A stretch of DNA of 64,000 bases from an uncultured delta proteobacterium (GTDB lineage: Bacteria > Desulfobacterota > RBG-13-43-22), in the NCBI GenBank assembly GCA_963711835.1, contig CAVQFQ010000015.1, positions 1 to 64,000 of the forward strand, in the 5' to 3' direction. The first letter of the stretch is position 1. The number at the start of each line of letters is the position of its first letter. This document shows positions 29,422 to 39,176 of this stretch, one piece after another. The notes below the pieces were generated by a model that searched no databases, was not told the DNA's origin, and worked only from the letters and a program-made list of their open reading frames with translations. The translations under genes were made by a program, and so were the position numbers.

Positions 29422-30726
29422 ATGGAGTCGAAAAAATCCGAAGGCAAGGTTACTAATGGGCTTTCCCGCCGCGACTTTCTCAAGGCCGGCGCGGCCGGGG
29501 CTGCGGGGCTGGGATTGAGTTCCTGGGTCTTTACCCCCTTTACCTATGGAGCGGAAAAACCGATCAAGATCGGCATGATTCAGGAATTGACGGTCGGAGC
29601 CACCGAATACGGCTACTGGTTGGACAAAGTCGGCAAGGCCGCCGTCGCCAAACTGAATGCCGAAGGCGGCATTGCCGGTCGCAAGGTGGAACTCATTGAT
29701 TACGACACCAAATTCAATCCCGCCCACGGGGCCCAGATGTTTAAGAAATTGATTTTGGAAGACAAGGTGGATTTTATCATGGGCTCCATCCACTCCGGCG
29801 TCCAAATGGCCTGTTTCCCCATTGCCGAGCAGTACAAGATCCCTTATTTCAGCGGCGGGGCCATGACGGCGGCCTTCACCGGGAAGGCCGCCGTTCCCTA
29901 TTATATCCGTATTCATACCCATGCCCTGATGCAGGCCATGGCCGGTTGGGAATGGGCCTTCAAAAACCTGGGCAAGAAATGGGCCCTGGTGGTGGCTGAC
30001 TATGCCTGGGGCCACTCTCTGGAGGAGGAATTCGGGAAAAGGGTCATGGCCGCCGGCGGTAAGGCCCAGGGCATCCGGGCCCCGCAGACCACCAAGGATT
30101 TCGTACCCTTCCTGCAGAAGATCGATCCCGACATCGATGTTCTATTCACGGCCTTCCTCAACCCGGCCGCCCTGGGTGTCATGCGGCAGTCCGTTGAGCT
30201 GGGCCTCCACAAGAAGATGAAGCGCTTTACGGTCATCTGCTGCACCGAGGGCATCGGCCAGGATGTGGTCGGAAAAGAATCCGCCGGGGCCTATTATGAG
30301 GAATACCATCCCCGTCATTTCGACCAGGTGCCGAAAGAGCTCCAGCCTTTCGAACGGGCCTACCGCCAGGCCGTTGGGGTAACCGACGATGGGAGAGACA
30401 CCAAAGATCCCAAGATCACCTCGGCCCACTCCCACATGTGGTCCATGTGGACTTCCGCTTACATGATCAAACAGGGCGTGGAGCAGACGGGCTGGAAGGA
30501 CGCTTCTAAAAACGCCGATTTCATCAAGGCCGTGGTCAAGATGAAAATCAAGGCCGGCCCCTGGGCCCCGCAGGGGGATCTGGTTATGCGCGAAGAAGAC
30601 CATCAGGGTTTCCATGACCACTATATTTCCGAAGTCACTCCCGATCTTAAACTGAAGGTCCTCTTTCGCATCCCCAAAGAAAAACTGATGTACGAGCCGA
30701 CCGTTGATCTGAGGGGGAAAATATAG
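29422..30726 (+). CDS. Tat-exported Liv-type ABC substrate-binding protein
   Basis: LSRRDFLK twin-arginine signal; NAEGGIAGRKVEL, ADYAWG. Confidence 0.88.
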   Translation: MESKKSEGKVTNGLSRRDFLKAGAAGAAGLGLSSWVFTPFTYGAEKPIKIGMIQELTVGATEYGYWLDKVGKAAVAKLNAEGGIAGRKVELIDYDTKFNPAHGAQMFKKLILEDKVDFIMGSIHSGVQMACFPIAEQYKIPYFSGGAMTAAFTGKAAVPYYIRIHTHALMQAMAGWEWAFKNLGKKWALVVADYAWGHSLEEEFGKRVMAAGGKAQGIRAPQTTKDFVPFLQKIDPDIDVLFTAFLNPAALGVMRQSVELGLHKKMKRFTVICCTEGIGQDVVGKESAGAYYEEYHPRHFDQVPKELQPFERAYRQAVGVTDDGRDTKDPKITSAHSHMWSMWTSAYMIKQGVEQTGWKDASKNADFIKAVVKMKIKAGPWAPQGDLVMREEDHQGFHDHYISEVTPDLKLKVLFRIPKEKLMYEPTVDLRGKI

Positions 30727-30901
30727 GCCTTTAGCCTATCAAATCGGATCCATTGACCAAAACTTTCTTCCTGCCCCGTCCGCCCCGGGTGGATGGAGGC
30801 AGGAAGAAGGTCGAGCCTTTCATCCCCCTTTGAAAAAGGGTTAAAAATAGATTCTTGGATTGGGCTGTATAAGCATTTAAAAACCGGAGGGATGCGGAAT
30901 C

Positions 30902-31753
30902 GTGATTTCCAATCTGGCCGTAGCAGTCTTAAACGGGGTGATCTGGGGGATGATCATGGCCTTGATCGCCCTGGGCTTGAATATGATTTTTGGCCTCCTG
31001 CATATCATCAACATGGCCCACGGGGTCCTTTACATGCTGGGGGCGGTGGTGGCCTGGTATCTTATTGACCTGACCGGCAACTTCTGGATCGCCCTGATCC
31101 TGGCCCCGGTGGTCGTCGGGGCGATCGGGATGGCCATGGAACGGGGGCTCCTCCGGACCATTGAAGACCAGCCCATTATCACCATCATCTGCACCTTCGG
31201 CATCATGCTGGCCGTCCAGCATCTGGTCTTCATGACCTTTGGGGGCACCCCCCGGCGGATTAATATCCCCATTGAGGGCCGCTTTCAGCTTTTTGAACTA
31301 CAGTATCCCCTGATGCGGGTCGTGATCGCCCTTATCTCAATCGGGGTCATGATCGCCCTCTGGTTTCTTTTAAACAAAACCAAGTACGGGCTCTGGATGC
31401 GGGCCGTGGTCCAGGACCGGGAGATGGCCGTGGCCATCGGGATTCCAGTCAACCGGGTCTATATGTGGACCTTTGTCCTGGGATCGGCCCTGGCGGCCTT
31501 CTCCGGAGTTTTGGCGGCCCCCATTGTCTATGTGGATTTCATGATGGGCCGGGAAATCCTGATCATGGCCTTTATCATCGTCATTGTCGGCGGCATGGGC
31601 AATCTGGAGGGATCGGTCCTGGCGGCCATTATTATCTCCCTGATCCAGGGGGTAGGCTCACTGTTCGTTCCACCGGCCATGGCTACGGTCTTTTCTCTGG
31701 CCTTCATGATCATCGTCCTATTGTTTCGCCCTCAGGGGCTTTTCGGAGAATAG
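30902..31753 (+). CDS. LivH-type ABC permease
   Basis: ALGLNMIFGLLHIINMAHG, RPQGLFG. Confidence 0.9.
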   Translation: MISNLAVAVLNGVIWGMIMALIALGLNMIFGLLHIINMAHGVLYMLGAVVAWYLIDLTGNFWIALILAPVVVGAIGMAMERGLLRTIEDQPIITIICTFGIMLAVQHLVFMTFGGTPRRINIPIEGRFQLFELQYPLMRVVIALISIGVMIALWFLLNKTKYGLWMRAVVQDREMAVAIGIPVNRVYMWTFVLGSALAAFSGVLAAPIVYVDFMMGREILIMAFIIVIVGGMGNLEGSVLAAIIISLIQGVGSLFVPPAMATVFSLAFMIIVLLFRPQGLFGE

Positions 31754-31762
31754 AGGTCGGTC

Positions 31763-32713
31763 GTGTCTAGTCATCCACAAAAATCAACCGGGTTTATCCT
31801 GGGTTTCTCGCTGGTACTCATAGTCCTGATCGCTGTGCCTTTTTTTATGGATCTCTTCTACCAAACCTTCCTGACCGAAGTGATGGTTTGGGTCCTCTTT
31901 GCCGTCTCCTTTGACCTCATCTTCGGCTATACGGGCCTGCTCAGTTTCGGGCAAGCCCTTTTCTTCGGTCTGGGGGCCTATTGCATTGCCATCCCCGTTT
32001 CAAAATTCGGGCTGGGACCCGGGCCGGCCTTTCTCCTTTCCATCATTGTCCCCATGCTCTTTGCCTGGTTTGTGGGCTATTTTTCCGTTAAACTGTCCGG
32101 GATCCATTTTGTCATCATTACCCTGATCTTTGCCCTGATCGGCAGCACCATCGGGGAAACCTGGCCCTCCCTGACCGGGGGCGCCGACGGCTTGACCGTC
32201 CCTCTCACCCCACTCCAGGTCGGTCCGTTAAAAATTGATTTCATGAATATCAAGACCAATTATTATCTGGTCTTGGTGGTGGTGGCCCTCTGCTTCCTGC
32301 TCCTGAGACGGATGGTGCAGTCCCCTTTGGGAAAAGTCTTTATCGCCATCCGGGAGAACGAGGATCGGGCCCGCCTGATCGGCTACAATGTCCAACGCTA
32401 TAAGCTGCTGGCCTTTGTGATTGCCGGCGGCCTGAGCGGCGTAGCCGGAGGATTGTACGGAATCACCCTGAAATACGCCTCGGCCAATTTTCTGCACTGG
32501 GGGATCTCCGGCCATGCGGTGGTCTATACCATTGTCGGAGGCATGGGGACCCTGTTCGGCCCGGTGTTGGGAACGGGTATCATCATGTCGCTGGAACATT
32601 ATTTGGTAGACTACATGCAGGGCACGGACCTGGTTATCGGGATTGTCCTGGTCTTTATGGTCTTGGTGGCCCCCAAAGGCCTGGTAGGATTGATCCAACG
32701 AAAGGGAAAATAA
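31763..32713 (+). CDS. LivM-type ABC permease
   Basis: GYTGLLSFGQALFFG, AIRENEDRA. Confidence 0.9.
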   Translation: MSSHPQKSTGFILGFSLVLIVLIAVPFFMDLFYQTFLTEVMVWVLFAVSFDLIFGYTGLLSFGQALFFGLGAYCIAIPVSKFGLGPGPAFLLSIIVPMLFAWFVGYFSVKLSGIHFVIITLIFALIGSTIGETWPSLTGGADGLTVPLTPLQVGPLKIDFMNIKTNYYLVLVVVALCFLLLRRMVQSPLGKVFIAIRENEDRARLIGYNVQRYKLLAFVIAGGLSGVAGGLYGITLKYASANFLHWGISGHAVVYTIVGGMGTLFGPVLGTGIIMSLEHYLVDYMQGTDLVIGIVLVFMVLVAPKGLVGLIQRKGK

Positions 32714-32728
32714 AGGAGCCGGCTATCC

Positions 32729-33466
32729 ATGGACACCTTACTTGCACTTGAGGACGTCAGCAAGTCTTTTGGGGGGCTGCTGGCTGTAGACCGGGCCAGC
32801 CTGGCTGTTTCCAAAGGCGAACTCCGGGCCCTCATCGGCCCCAATGGGGCGGGAAAAACCACCCTTCTCAATGTAATCACCGGGATTTATCTGGCCAGCT
32901 CCGGGCGCATTCTCTTTAAGAACAAAGATATTACCCGATTAAGCCCGGACCGGATCTCTCATCGGGGGATTTCGCGGACCATGCAGATTACCAGCCTCTT
33001 TATAGGTCTGACGGTTTTTGAAAATATCTGGGCCGCCGTTCAATCCCGAAAAAAATTTTTCAATCCCTTTATCCGGGCCGTCGCCTGGAAGGACGTCCGG
33101 GAGAAAACCGAACAAATGCTTGAACTGACCGGGCTGCAAGACAAGGCCCATCTGGTTTGTTCCGAGCTTTCTTACGGCGAGCAGCGCATCCTGGAGATGG
33201 GTATTGCCCTGAGCACAGGTCCTGACCTGCTCCTGCTGGATGAACCCACGGCCGGCCTTAACACCCAGGAATCCATGGCCCTGGTCAGGAAAATGCGCGC
33301 CATGCTCTCCGGGCAGACCATCATTTTGGTCGAGCATGACATGGGGGTGGTCATGGAGTTGGCGGATCGCATCTCGGTCCTTCACTATGGAGAGATCCTG
33401 GCCGAAGGGACGCCGGAGGAAATAAAGAACAACGAGGAAGTCAAAAAGGTTTATCTGGGAAACTGA
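32729..33466 (+). CDS. LivG-type ABC ATPase
   Basis: [22 protein letters not shown]. Confidence 0.9.
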   Translation: MDTLLALEDVSKSFGGLLAVDRASLAVSKGELRALIGPNGAGKTTLLNVITGIYLASSGRILFKNKDITRLSPDRISHRGISRTMQITSLFIGLTVFENIWAAVQSRKKFFNPFIRAVAWKDVREKTEQMLELTGLQDKAHLVCSELSYGEQRILEMGIALSTGPDLLLLDEPTAGLNTQESMALVRKMRAMLSGQTIILVEHDMGVVMELADRISVLHYGEILAEGTPEEIKNNEEVKKVYLGN

Positions 33467-33467
33467 C

Positions 33468-34169
33468 ATGTTGAACCTAAAAGACGTCAATTGTTTCTAT
33501 GGCAAGAGCCACGTCCTGCACAATACCAACCTGGAGGTCCGGGAGACAGAGTTGGCCGGGCTGGTAGGGAGAAACGGGGTGGGTAAGAGTACCACCTTAA
33601 AGTCAATCATGGGAATCGTTCCACCTAAAAGCGGAACGATCACCCTGAACGGAACTACCCTGACCAGTTTGCCGGCTTATCAAATACCCCGCCAGGGCAT
33701 TGCCTATGTTCCCCAGGGCCGGCATCTGTTCCCCAAACTGACGGTCATGGAAAATTTAAAGATTCCGATTGTTCAAGGACCCCTGGATCAGGACAAGCTG
33801 GAGGAAGTCTTTGACTATTTTCCCCGTTTAAAGGAACGGGTCAAACAGAAGGCTGGTACCCTCTCCGGCGGGGAACAGCAGATGCTGGCTGTGGGACGGG
33901 CCCTGATCACCAAGCCCAAGCTGATTCTGCTCGACGAACCTACCGAGGGCTTGATGCCCCTGCTGGTCCAGTTAATTAGCCGGACCATCCAGGCCATTAA
34001 TCAAAAAGGCATGGCCATCCTGCTGGTGGAACAAAACCTGAAGATCCTCAAAGATGTCTGTCACCGGATTTATATCATGGAAAAAGGGTCCGTTGTTTAT
34101 GAGGGGACCCCGGCCCAACTGGAAGCCGCTCCCGAGATCCAGGAACGTTACCTGAGTGTTAAGGTTTAG
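33468..34169 (+). CDS. LivF-type ABC ATPase
   Basis: GRNGVGKST, LSGGEQQMLA, DEPTEGL. Confidence 0.9.
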   Translation: MLNLKDVNCFYGKSHVLHNTNLEVRETELAGLVGRNGVGKSTTLKSIMGIVPPKSGTITLNGTTLTSLPAYQIPRQGIAYVPQGRHLFPKLTVMENLKIPIVQGPLDQDKLEEVFDYFPRLKERVKQKAGTLSGGEQQMLAVGRALITKPKLILLDEPTEGLMPLLVQLISRTIQAINQKGMAILLVEQNLKILKDVCHRIYIMEKGSVVYEGTPAQLEAAPEIQERYLSVKV

Positions 34170-34968
34170 ATGCTTTCCCACAGCGCCGCTGACCTTTTGT
34201 TATCTAATCCTCGGGGTTCTGCTGGGTACCGGGCTGGAGGTCTCAGGCGCCGGGAAAAACCCGGAAACCCTCCGCTTTGAAGGCCGGCAGATAACCGTCA
34301 GAAGGGACTCCCTGACCCGTTTGCCCTTGACGATGCGGGCCGCGGGTGCCCCGCTGCTGGAAATCAAAGGGTTTGCCAAGCTCACCCGAAACCAAATCAC
34401 CTTGACCGGCCCCCTGCTGGCAAAAAAATATAAAAAATTTCTTCAAATAGAACCGGATGAGCTCCGTCTGAAAGCGGCCGAGCGTGTCGGCGGGACCTGG
34501 TACGTCAGCTATTGGCAGACCGTTAAGGGATGGATTATCTATGAATCCTCCCTGGGATTTTCCATTGACCCACACGGAAAAATTCTTTCTCTTGGGGCTC
34601 TGCTCTACCCCCAGGTAGCCCTCCCGGAAGGGACCCGCATCTCACGCGATCAGGCCCTAAAAATCGGGGCAGGCCAGGTTCCGGACTTCAAGAAACAGGC
34701 CTATACCCTGCTGGCGGAGAACATCCTGGTCTATCCCGTCAGAACCCCCCAAGCCATCCGCTATTTCAAGGTCTATGCCTTTAATTTTTTTCCTCAGAAG
34801 GCCCTGCATCCCGCTTCCGTGGTCGGCGGCTATGCCGTATTCGTGGATACCCAAACCGGCGGGGTGATTCACCGGGAAACCCTTTTTAAGCCCTTGGGTT
34901 GTTGCGTTCCCGAGAACTGGGTGCCCCCCAAGCCGGAGGAATTGTACAAAGGGATTTTTGGAAACTGA
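34156..34968 (+). CDS. Secreted protein resembling an M4/M36 propeptide (FTP + PepSY) without a catalytic domain
   Basis: YVSYWQTVKG..IYES (FTP-like), ISRDQAL and VFVDTQTGGVI (PepSY-like); no HExxH; GCC near the C-terminus. Confidence 0.6.
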   Translation: MLRFRCFPTAPLTFCYLILGVLLGTGLEVSGAGKNPETLRFEGRQITVRRDSLTRLPLTMRAAGAPLLEIKGFAKLTRNQITLTGPLLAKKYKKFLQIEPDELRLKAAERVGGTWYVSYWQTVKGWIIYESSLGFSIDPHGKILSLGALLYPQVALPEGTRISRDQALKIGAGQVPDFKKQAYTLLAENILVYPVRTPQAIRYFKVYAFNFFPQKALHPASVVGGYAVFVDTQTGGVIHRETLFKPLGCCVPENWVPPKPEELYKGIFGN

Positions 34969-35499
34969 ATGACTACGAAAGGCCTCCTGGCCCTACTCCT
35001 ATCTTTGAGTCTTGTTTTTTTAACCTGCTGTGGCGGAAAATCGGAGACACCCAAATTGCCCGGCCTGGGCACCCGGGCGCCCGGCTTCACCTGCCTGGAT
35101 CTGAAAGGGCGGCCCTGGTCCCTGGATCATCAAACCCGCGGAAAAGTCATTCTCCTCCGTTTCTGGGCCGATTGGTGTCCCTATTGCCGCTTTGAGATGC
35201 CGGTCATTGAAAAATACTACCGGCTCCTGAAGGACCAAGGGTTCGAGGTCCTGGCCGTGAACGTCAAGCAAAGTGCTCAGGTGGCCGAGGCCTTTATCGG
35301 CCAGATGGACCTGACCTTTCCGGTTCTCCTGGACCCCGAGGGCCGGATGGCCGAAAGCTACGGAGTCTATGCCATCCCCACCAATTTCCTGATCGATGGG
35401 CAAGGCAAAATCAGGGAGATCCTGGTCGGGGAGGTATTTCTGGAAGAAAAAATATTGAAGGATGTGCTGAAGACCTATTTTACGGGAATAGGTTCCTGA
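34969..35499 (+). CDS. TlpA/ResA-family thiol-disulfide oxidoreductase lipoprotein
   Basis: Lipobox-like LTCC; FWADWCPYCRFEMP; cis-Pro motif AIPTNFLID. Confidence 0.9.
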   Translation: MTTKGLLALLLSLSLVFLTCCGGKSETPKLPGLGTRAPGFTCLDLKGRPWSLDHQTRGKVILLRFWADWCPYCRFEMPVIEKYYRLLKDQGFEVLAVNVKQSAQVAEAFIGQMDLTFPVLLDPEGRMAESYGVYAIPTNFLIDGQGKIREILVGEVFLEEKILKDVLKTYFTGIGS

Positions 35500-35512
35500 A
35501 CCATCTTTTGGT

Positions 35513-35571
35513 TTGACAAGAAAAAGGAATTAAGATTAATTTTAAAGATAGTCCCTAAGATAGGGTAGTAT
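35513..35571 (+). promoter_or_regulatory. Sigma70-like promoter followed by a CCCTA-AGA-TAGGG dyad
   Basis: TTGACA-17-TTAATT; the dyad at 35548-35571 overlaps the predicted transcription start region. Confidence 0.45.
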
Positions 35572-35599
35572 ATCCGCAATCACGTTACGTTACAACCTG

Positions 35600-35663
35600 G
35601 TCATTCCGGACTTGATCCGGAATCCAGTCTTTCAACCTGGATTCCCGCTTTCGCGGGTATGAC
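35600..35663. repeat. REP-like palindromic doublet
   Basis: GTCATTCCGGACTTGATCCGGAATCCAG...CTGGATTCCCGCTTTCGCGGGTATGAC. Confidence 0.8.
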
Positions 35664-35876
35664 GGCAGAGGGACACTGCAAAGAGAACAGGGAAACACTA
35701 CATTAGGTGATCCTCAAACCGGAAGGGTAGCCTTTTAAAATAATAAAACACCCTAAAGGGCTTCGTGGGTTTTGATTTCAAGGATTGTCCGAAAGGGGAT
35801 CCGAAGCCTTCGACGACTGGAAAGGATTTGAAAAAAATTTCACCTAAAAAGGCGGCCTCTTATTTACACCAATTTT

Positions 35877-37022
35877 TTGATCTCTTCCCTTAAAAATATC
35901 TTGGCTAATCCCGTCAGGAGCCTGGTGGTCATCCTCTGTCTGGTCGCCCTCCTCACGCCTTTTCTAACGGCCATGGCCATTTCGGAAGGGATTAAAGAAG
36001 AAACCCGACTGCTGCTTGACAGCGGGGCCGACATTTATGTCACCCGGGACCAATTCGGTTCCAACGCACCGATTCCGCTTTCATTTGCAAAACCCTTGGC
36101 GGCCTTGCCCGGTGTGGTCGAGGTGATTCCCCGGGTCACCGGCCGCACCTACCTGAAGAAATTTTTTCTCGCCGTCCTCGGCATTTCCCCTACGCATCTG
36201 CCGGCATCGATTCGCCTTGTTCAGGGCCGGACTTTTCAGGGGCCGGGTGAGGTTATTCTGGGAGAAAATCTGGCCGGCCTATTCGCGATAAAACCGGGGG
36301 ATCGCTTCTATTTATCCAGAAACCCGGGGCAGACCTTTCAGGTGTCGGGCATCTTCAGCTCCGCCATCCAGCCCTGGAAGTCCGATTTGCTCATCCTTTC
36401 CTTTGAAGACGCCGCCCGCCTCTTCCAACTTCCCAACTTGGCCAGCGATTTCCTGATCACCTGCCGTCCGGGTTATGAAATCCCCTTGGCTGAGCGGATA
36501 CTCCAGATCAAGGAACTGAATCCTGAAGGATCTCCGCCCTTGCGGGTCCAGACCAGGTCCTTAATTAAAAGCTATATGCTCAAGGGATTTGACGCCAGGG
36601 CCGGTGTCTTTAGCGGGTTTTATACCCTGGCTTTTTTTCTGGCTTTCCCCATCCTTCTGGTAACCACCGGCCTGGGTTCGGCCGGCAGAAAACAGGAAAT
36701 CGGGATCGCCAAGGCCCTGGGCTGGCAGACCCAGGAGGTCTTGATTCTGGTGGGGTTTGAGAATGTGCTGCTGGCCTTGTTCAGCCTTCCCTGGCTGCTC
36801 TTATTCTCCCAGCTCTGGCTTAAAGCCGGTAACGGTTACCTCCTTAATCGCTTTTTTATCGCCAACTGGGCTATCCTGCCTCCCTTTTCCGTGCCGGCCC
36901 AGACCTTTCCCGTGCCTTTTTTACTGACCCTGTTTCTGACTCTGGTATTGACCCTGGTGGGAAGCCTGTATTCAACCTGGAGGATGGCCGTTGTTCCGCC
37001 TCATCAGGCCATGCATAATTAA
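35877..37022 (+). CDS. FtsX/MacB-type ABC permease (true start probably TTG near 35828 across a poly-T slip)
   Basis: TM1, periplasmic core (GADIYV, GEVILG), EIGIAKALGW, three C-terminal TMs. Confidence 0.85.
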   Translation: MISSLKNILANPVRSLVVILCLVALLTPFLTAMAISEGIKEETRLLLDSGADIYVTRDQFGSNAPIPLSFAKPLAALPGVVEVIPRVTGRTYLKKFFLAVLGISPTHLPASIRLVQGRTFQGPGEVILGENLAGLFAIKPGDRFYLSRNPGQTFQVSGIFSSAIQPWKSDLLILSFEDAARLFQLPNLASDFLITCRPGYEIPLAERILQIKELNPEGSPPLRVQTRSLIKSYMLKGFDARAGVFSGFYTLAFFLAFPILLVTTGLGSAGRKQEIGIAKALGWQTQEVLILVGFENVLLALFSLPWLLLFSQLWLKAGNGYLLNRFFIANWAILPPFSVPAQTFPVPFLLTLFLTLVLTLVGSLYSTWRMAVVPPHQAMHN

Positions 37023-37155
37023 AGAAGCAGCCGTTTTTTATTTTTGAAAGGAGATCCATCTTGACTTGAAAAAAACAATCCTGGCCACGGCAATCGTCTT
37101 GTCCCTCTTCCGGGTAGTTACAATTATGAGACAGTCAATAAGAGGAAGTGATACC

Positions 37156-37596
37156 ATGGCGGCAAAAAAAATTGTTTTCGGCATTTTCCTAATCAGTTTA
37201 TCTATGGTTATGGCCGGTCTCGTCCAGGCCGGAGAGGTCAAACGCTGTATCGTTTGCGGAATGGACGTCTCCAAGTATCCCCACACCCGCTATGTGGTCA
37301 CGACGACGGAGAGGGAGGAATTCATTACCTGCGGCGCCCAGTGCGGTCTCACCCTCCATTTGCGTTTTAAAGATAAATTCAAGTCCGCCCTGGCCTCCGA
37401 TCTTTTAAGCAACCGCCCGGTCGATGCCCGGAAGGCCTTTTATGTGTTTAAAAGCTCGGTGATCACCGATATGGCCCCGGGTTTCATCGTTTTTTCAGTC
37501 AGGAAGAACGCGGAAAATTTTGCCGGGGGTTTTGGAGGCCAGGTAGTAACCTATGACGAAGCCTTGGCCATTTGGAAAAAGCAAGTGCAGCAGTGA
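37156..37596 (+). CDS. NosL-family protein
   Basis: Signal peptide; CIVCGM, TCGAQC, DARKAFYV..SSVITDM, FAGGFGGQV. Confidence 0.8.
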   Translation: MAAKKIVFGIFLISLSMVMAGLVQAGEVKRCIVCGMDVSKYPHTRYVVTTTEREEFITCGAQCGLTLHLRFKDKFKSALASDLLSNRPVDARKAFYVFKSSVITDMAPGFIVFSVRKNAENFAGGFGGQVVTYDEALAIWKKQVQQ

Positions 37597-37602
37597 TAAC
37601 CT

Positions 37603-37959
37603 ATGTTCCGACCTGAAAAAACAGTACTCCTGGTCCTGGGGGTCTTAATCCTTCTGACCATGACCCTGATGGTCTGGGATCAGCAAACCTGGAAAACCCG
37701 TAAAACCGAAGAATTCGTCCTTTTCCAAAAGGGCTTGTCCGGATTGGGAATGGGGGCTATTGCCAGCCCCATCTGGAATTTCATCAATTACGACCCCCGG
37801 GCCATGGCCGTAGATGATTCGATTACCTGGCCCATTCCAGGCGGGTATTCCTACGGTCCGGATCGAACCGCCACCATAACCTATTTTGAGGAGCGGCCCA
37901 GGAATGAGTGGGTTTTACTTCAAAAAACGTGGCCGGAGGCGGCGAAAGCAGCCCCTTGA
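37603..37959 (+). CDS. Membrane-anchored hypothetical protein
   Basis: N-terminal TM; GLGMGA..P.WNF..YDPR..WPIPGGYSY; closely coupled to both neighbouring genes. Confidence 0.65.
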   Translation: MFRPEKTVLLVLGVLILLTMTLMVWDQQTWKTRKTEEFVLFQKGLSGLGMGAIASPIWNFINYDPRAMAVDDSITWPIPGGYSYGPDRTATITYFEERPRNEWVLLQKTWPEAAKAAP

Positions 37960-39149
37960 GCTTAAGGGAGGAGCAGGCCATTTCCCGTTTCACTAACTTT
38001 ATCGAGGCCGCCTGCGGCCGCCTGATCCGGAATTGGGAGCGAAGCCTCACCTTGACCCTCTGCCTGGTGGCCATCCTGTTTCCGTTCCTTACCGCCTTGG
38101 CCGTTTCAGAAGGGCTCCGCCAGCAGGCCGATATGTCCCTGCTGTACGGGGCCGACCTTTACCTGAATCGGGATTATTATGGAGGGTCCGGTCCCATTGC
38201 TGAAACCGACCTCCTGCTGTTAAAACAGTCTGCCTTCGGTGATCGCCTCCAGGTTCAGGGCCGGGTTTTAGGAAGAACCTATTTTGTTAATCGTCTGGTG
38301 GCCGTAGCCGGCCTGGACCGGCCTCCCGACAGCCTTTCTCCGCTGCTGCAGGCCGGGCGGATCTTTAAAAACCCGGGTGAGGTGGTCATCGGGCAGCGAC
38401 TGGCTCAACGGTTTAATCTCCAACCCGGGGTCAAGTTCGCCCTTACTGCCAATCCTGGAAAACTTTTTACGCTGGTTGGTCTTCTTACCCCCCTGGGACT
38501 TTGGGACTCCGATCTGTTGCTCATGTCCTTATCGGATGCCCAGGCCTTCTTCGGGATGGAAGGCCTGCTTTCGGAAATCCAGATTCGGACCAGCGCATCG
38601 AGCTTCCGGGAGTCAGGAGAAAATCTCCTCGTGGAAAAGGCCCGTTCGGAACTGCCTGTCAGCCCTCCCCTTCGTTCCCACACTCGGACGGAAGCCGGAC
38701 AACACCTTTCCCAAGGCTTCGGTTTCCGTGGAGGCATCTATCTTGTTTTTTATATACTGGCTTGGGTCCTGGCCGTTCCCGCCCTCCTTATTTCCAGCGG
38801 ACTGGGCACCCCGGTCACGGCCCAGGAGGTCGGGTTGATGCAGGCCCTGGGCTGGACCCGGAGACAAATTCTGAGATTGGCGGCCCTGGAATACGCCATC
38901 CTTAGTCTTTCAGCCACTGCCCTGGCCACCCTGGCTTCCATGGCCTGGATGAAATTAACCAACGGCTTTCTCCTGGCGCAATTCCTGATCGCCGAAGTGG
39001 GTTTGGTCCCGGGTTTTGACGTCCCGACACGTTATCTTCCCCTGTGGAGCCTGGCCGGTCTTTTCTTGGCGCTACTGACCACTCTGGGGGGAAGTTTCAT
39101 TTTTAACTGGTATTGCTCCCGAAAAGCCCCTTACCAGGCCATGCATTAG
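37956..39149 (+). CDS. Second FtsX/MacB-type ABC permease (paralogue of 35877)
   Basis: Shares CLVA.L.PFLTA.A.SEG, GAD.Y..RD..G, GRTY, ALGW and the C-terminal QAMH. Confidence 0.85.
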   Translation: MSLREEQAISRFTNFIEAACGRLIRNWERSLTLTLCLVAILFPFLTALAVSEGLRQQADMSLLYGADLYLNRDYYGGSGPIAETDLLLLKQSAFGDRLQVQGRVLGRTYFVNRLVAVAGLDRPPDSLSPLLQAGRIFKNPGEVVIGQRLAQRFNLQPGVKFALTANPGKLFTLVGLLTPLGLWDSDLLLMSLSDAQAFFGMEGLLSEIQIRTSASSFRESGENLLVEKARSELPVSPPLRSHTRTEAGQHLSQGFGFRGGIYLVFYILAWVLAVPALLISSGLGTPVTAQEVGLMQALGWTRRQILRLAALEYAILSLSATALATLASMAWMKLTNGFLLAQFLIAEVGLVPGFDVPTRYLPLWSLAGLFLALLTTLGGSFIFNWYCSRKAPYQAMH

Positions 39150-39176
39150 TCTCTTAACAAGGATACGCTGCCTAAC

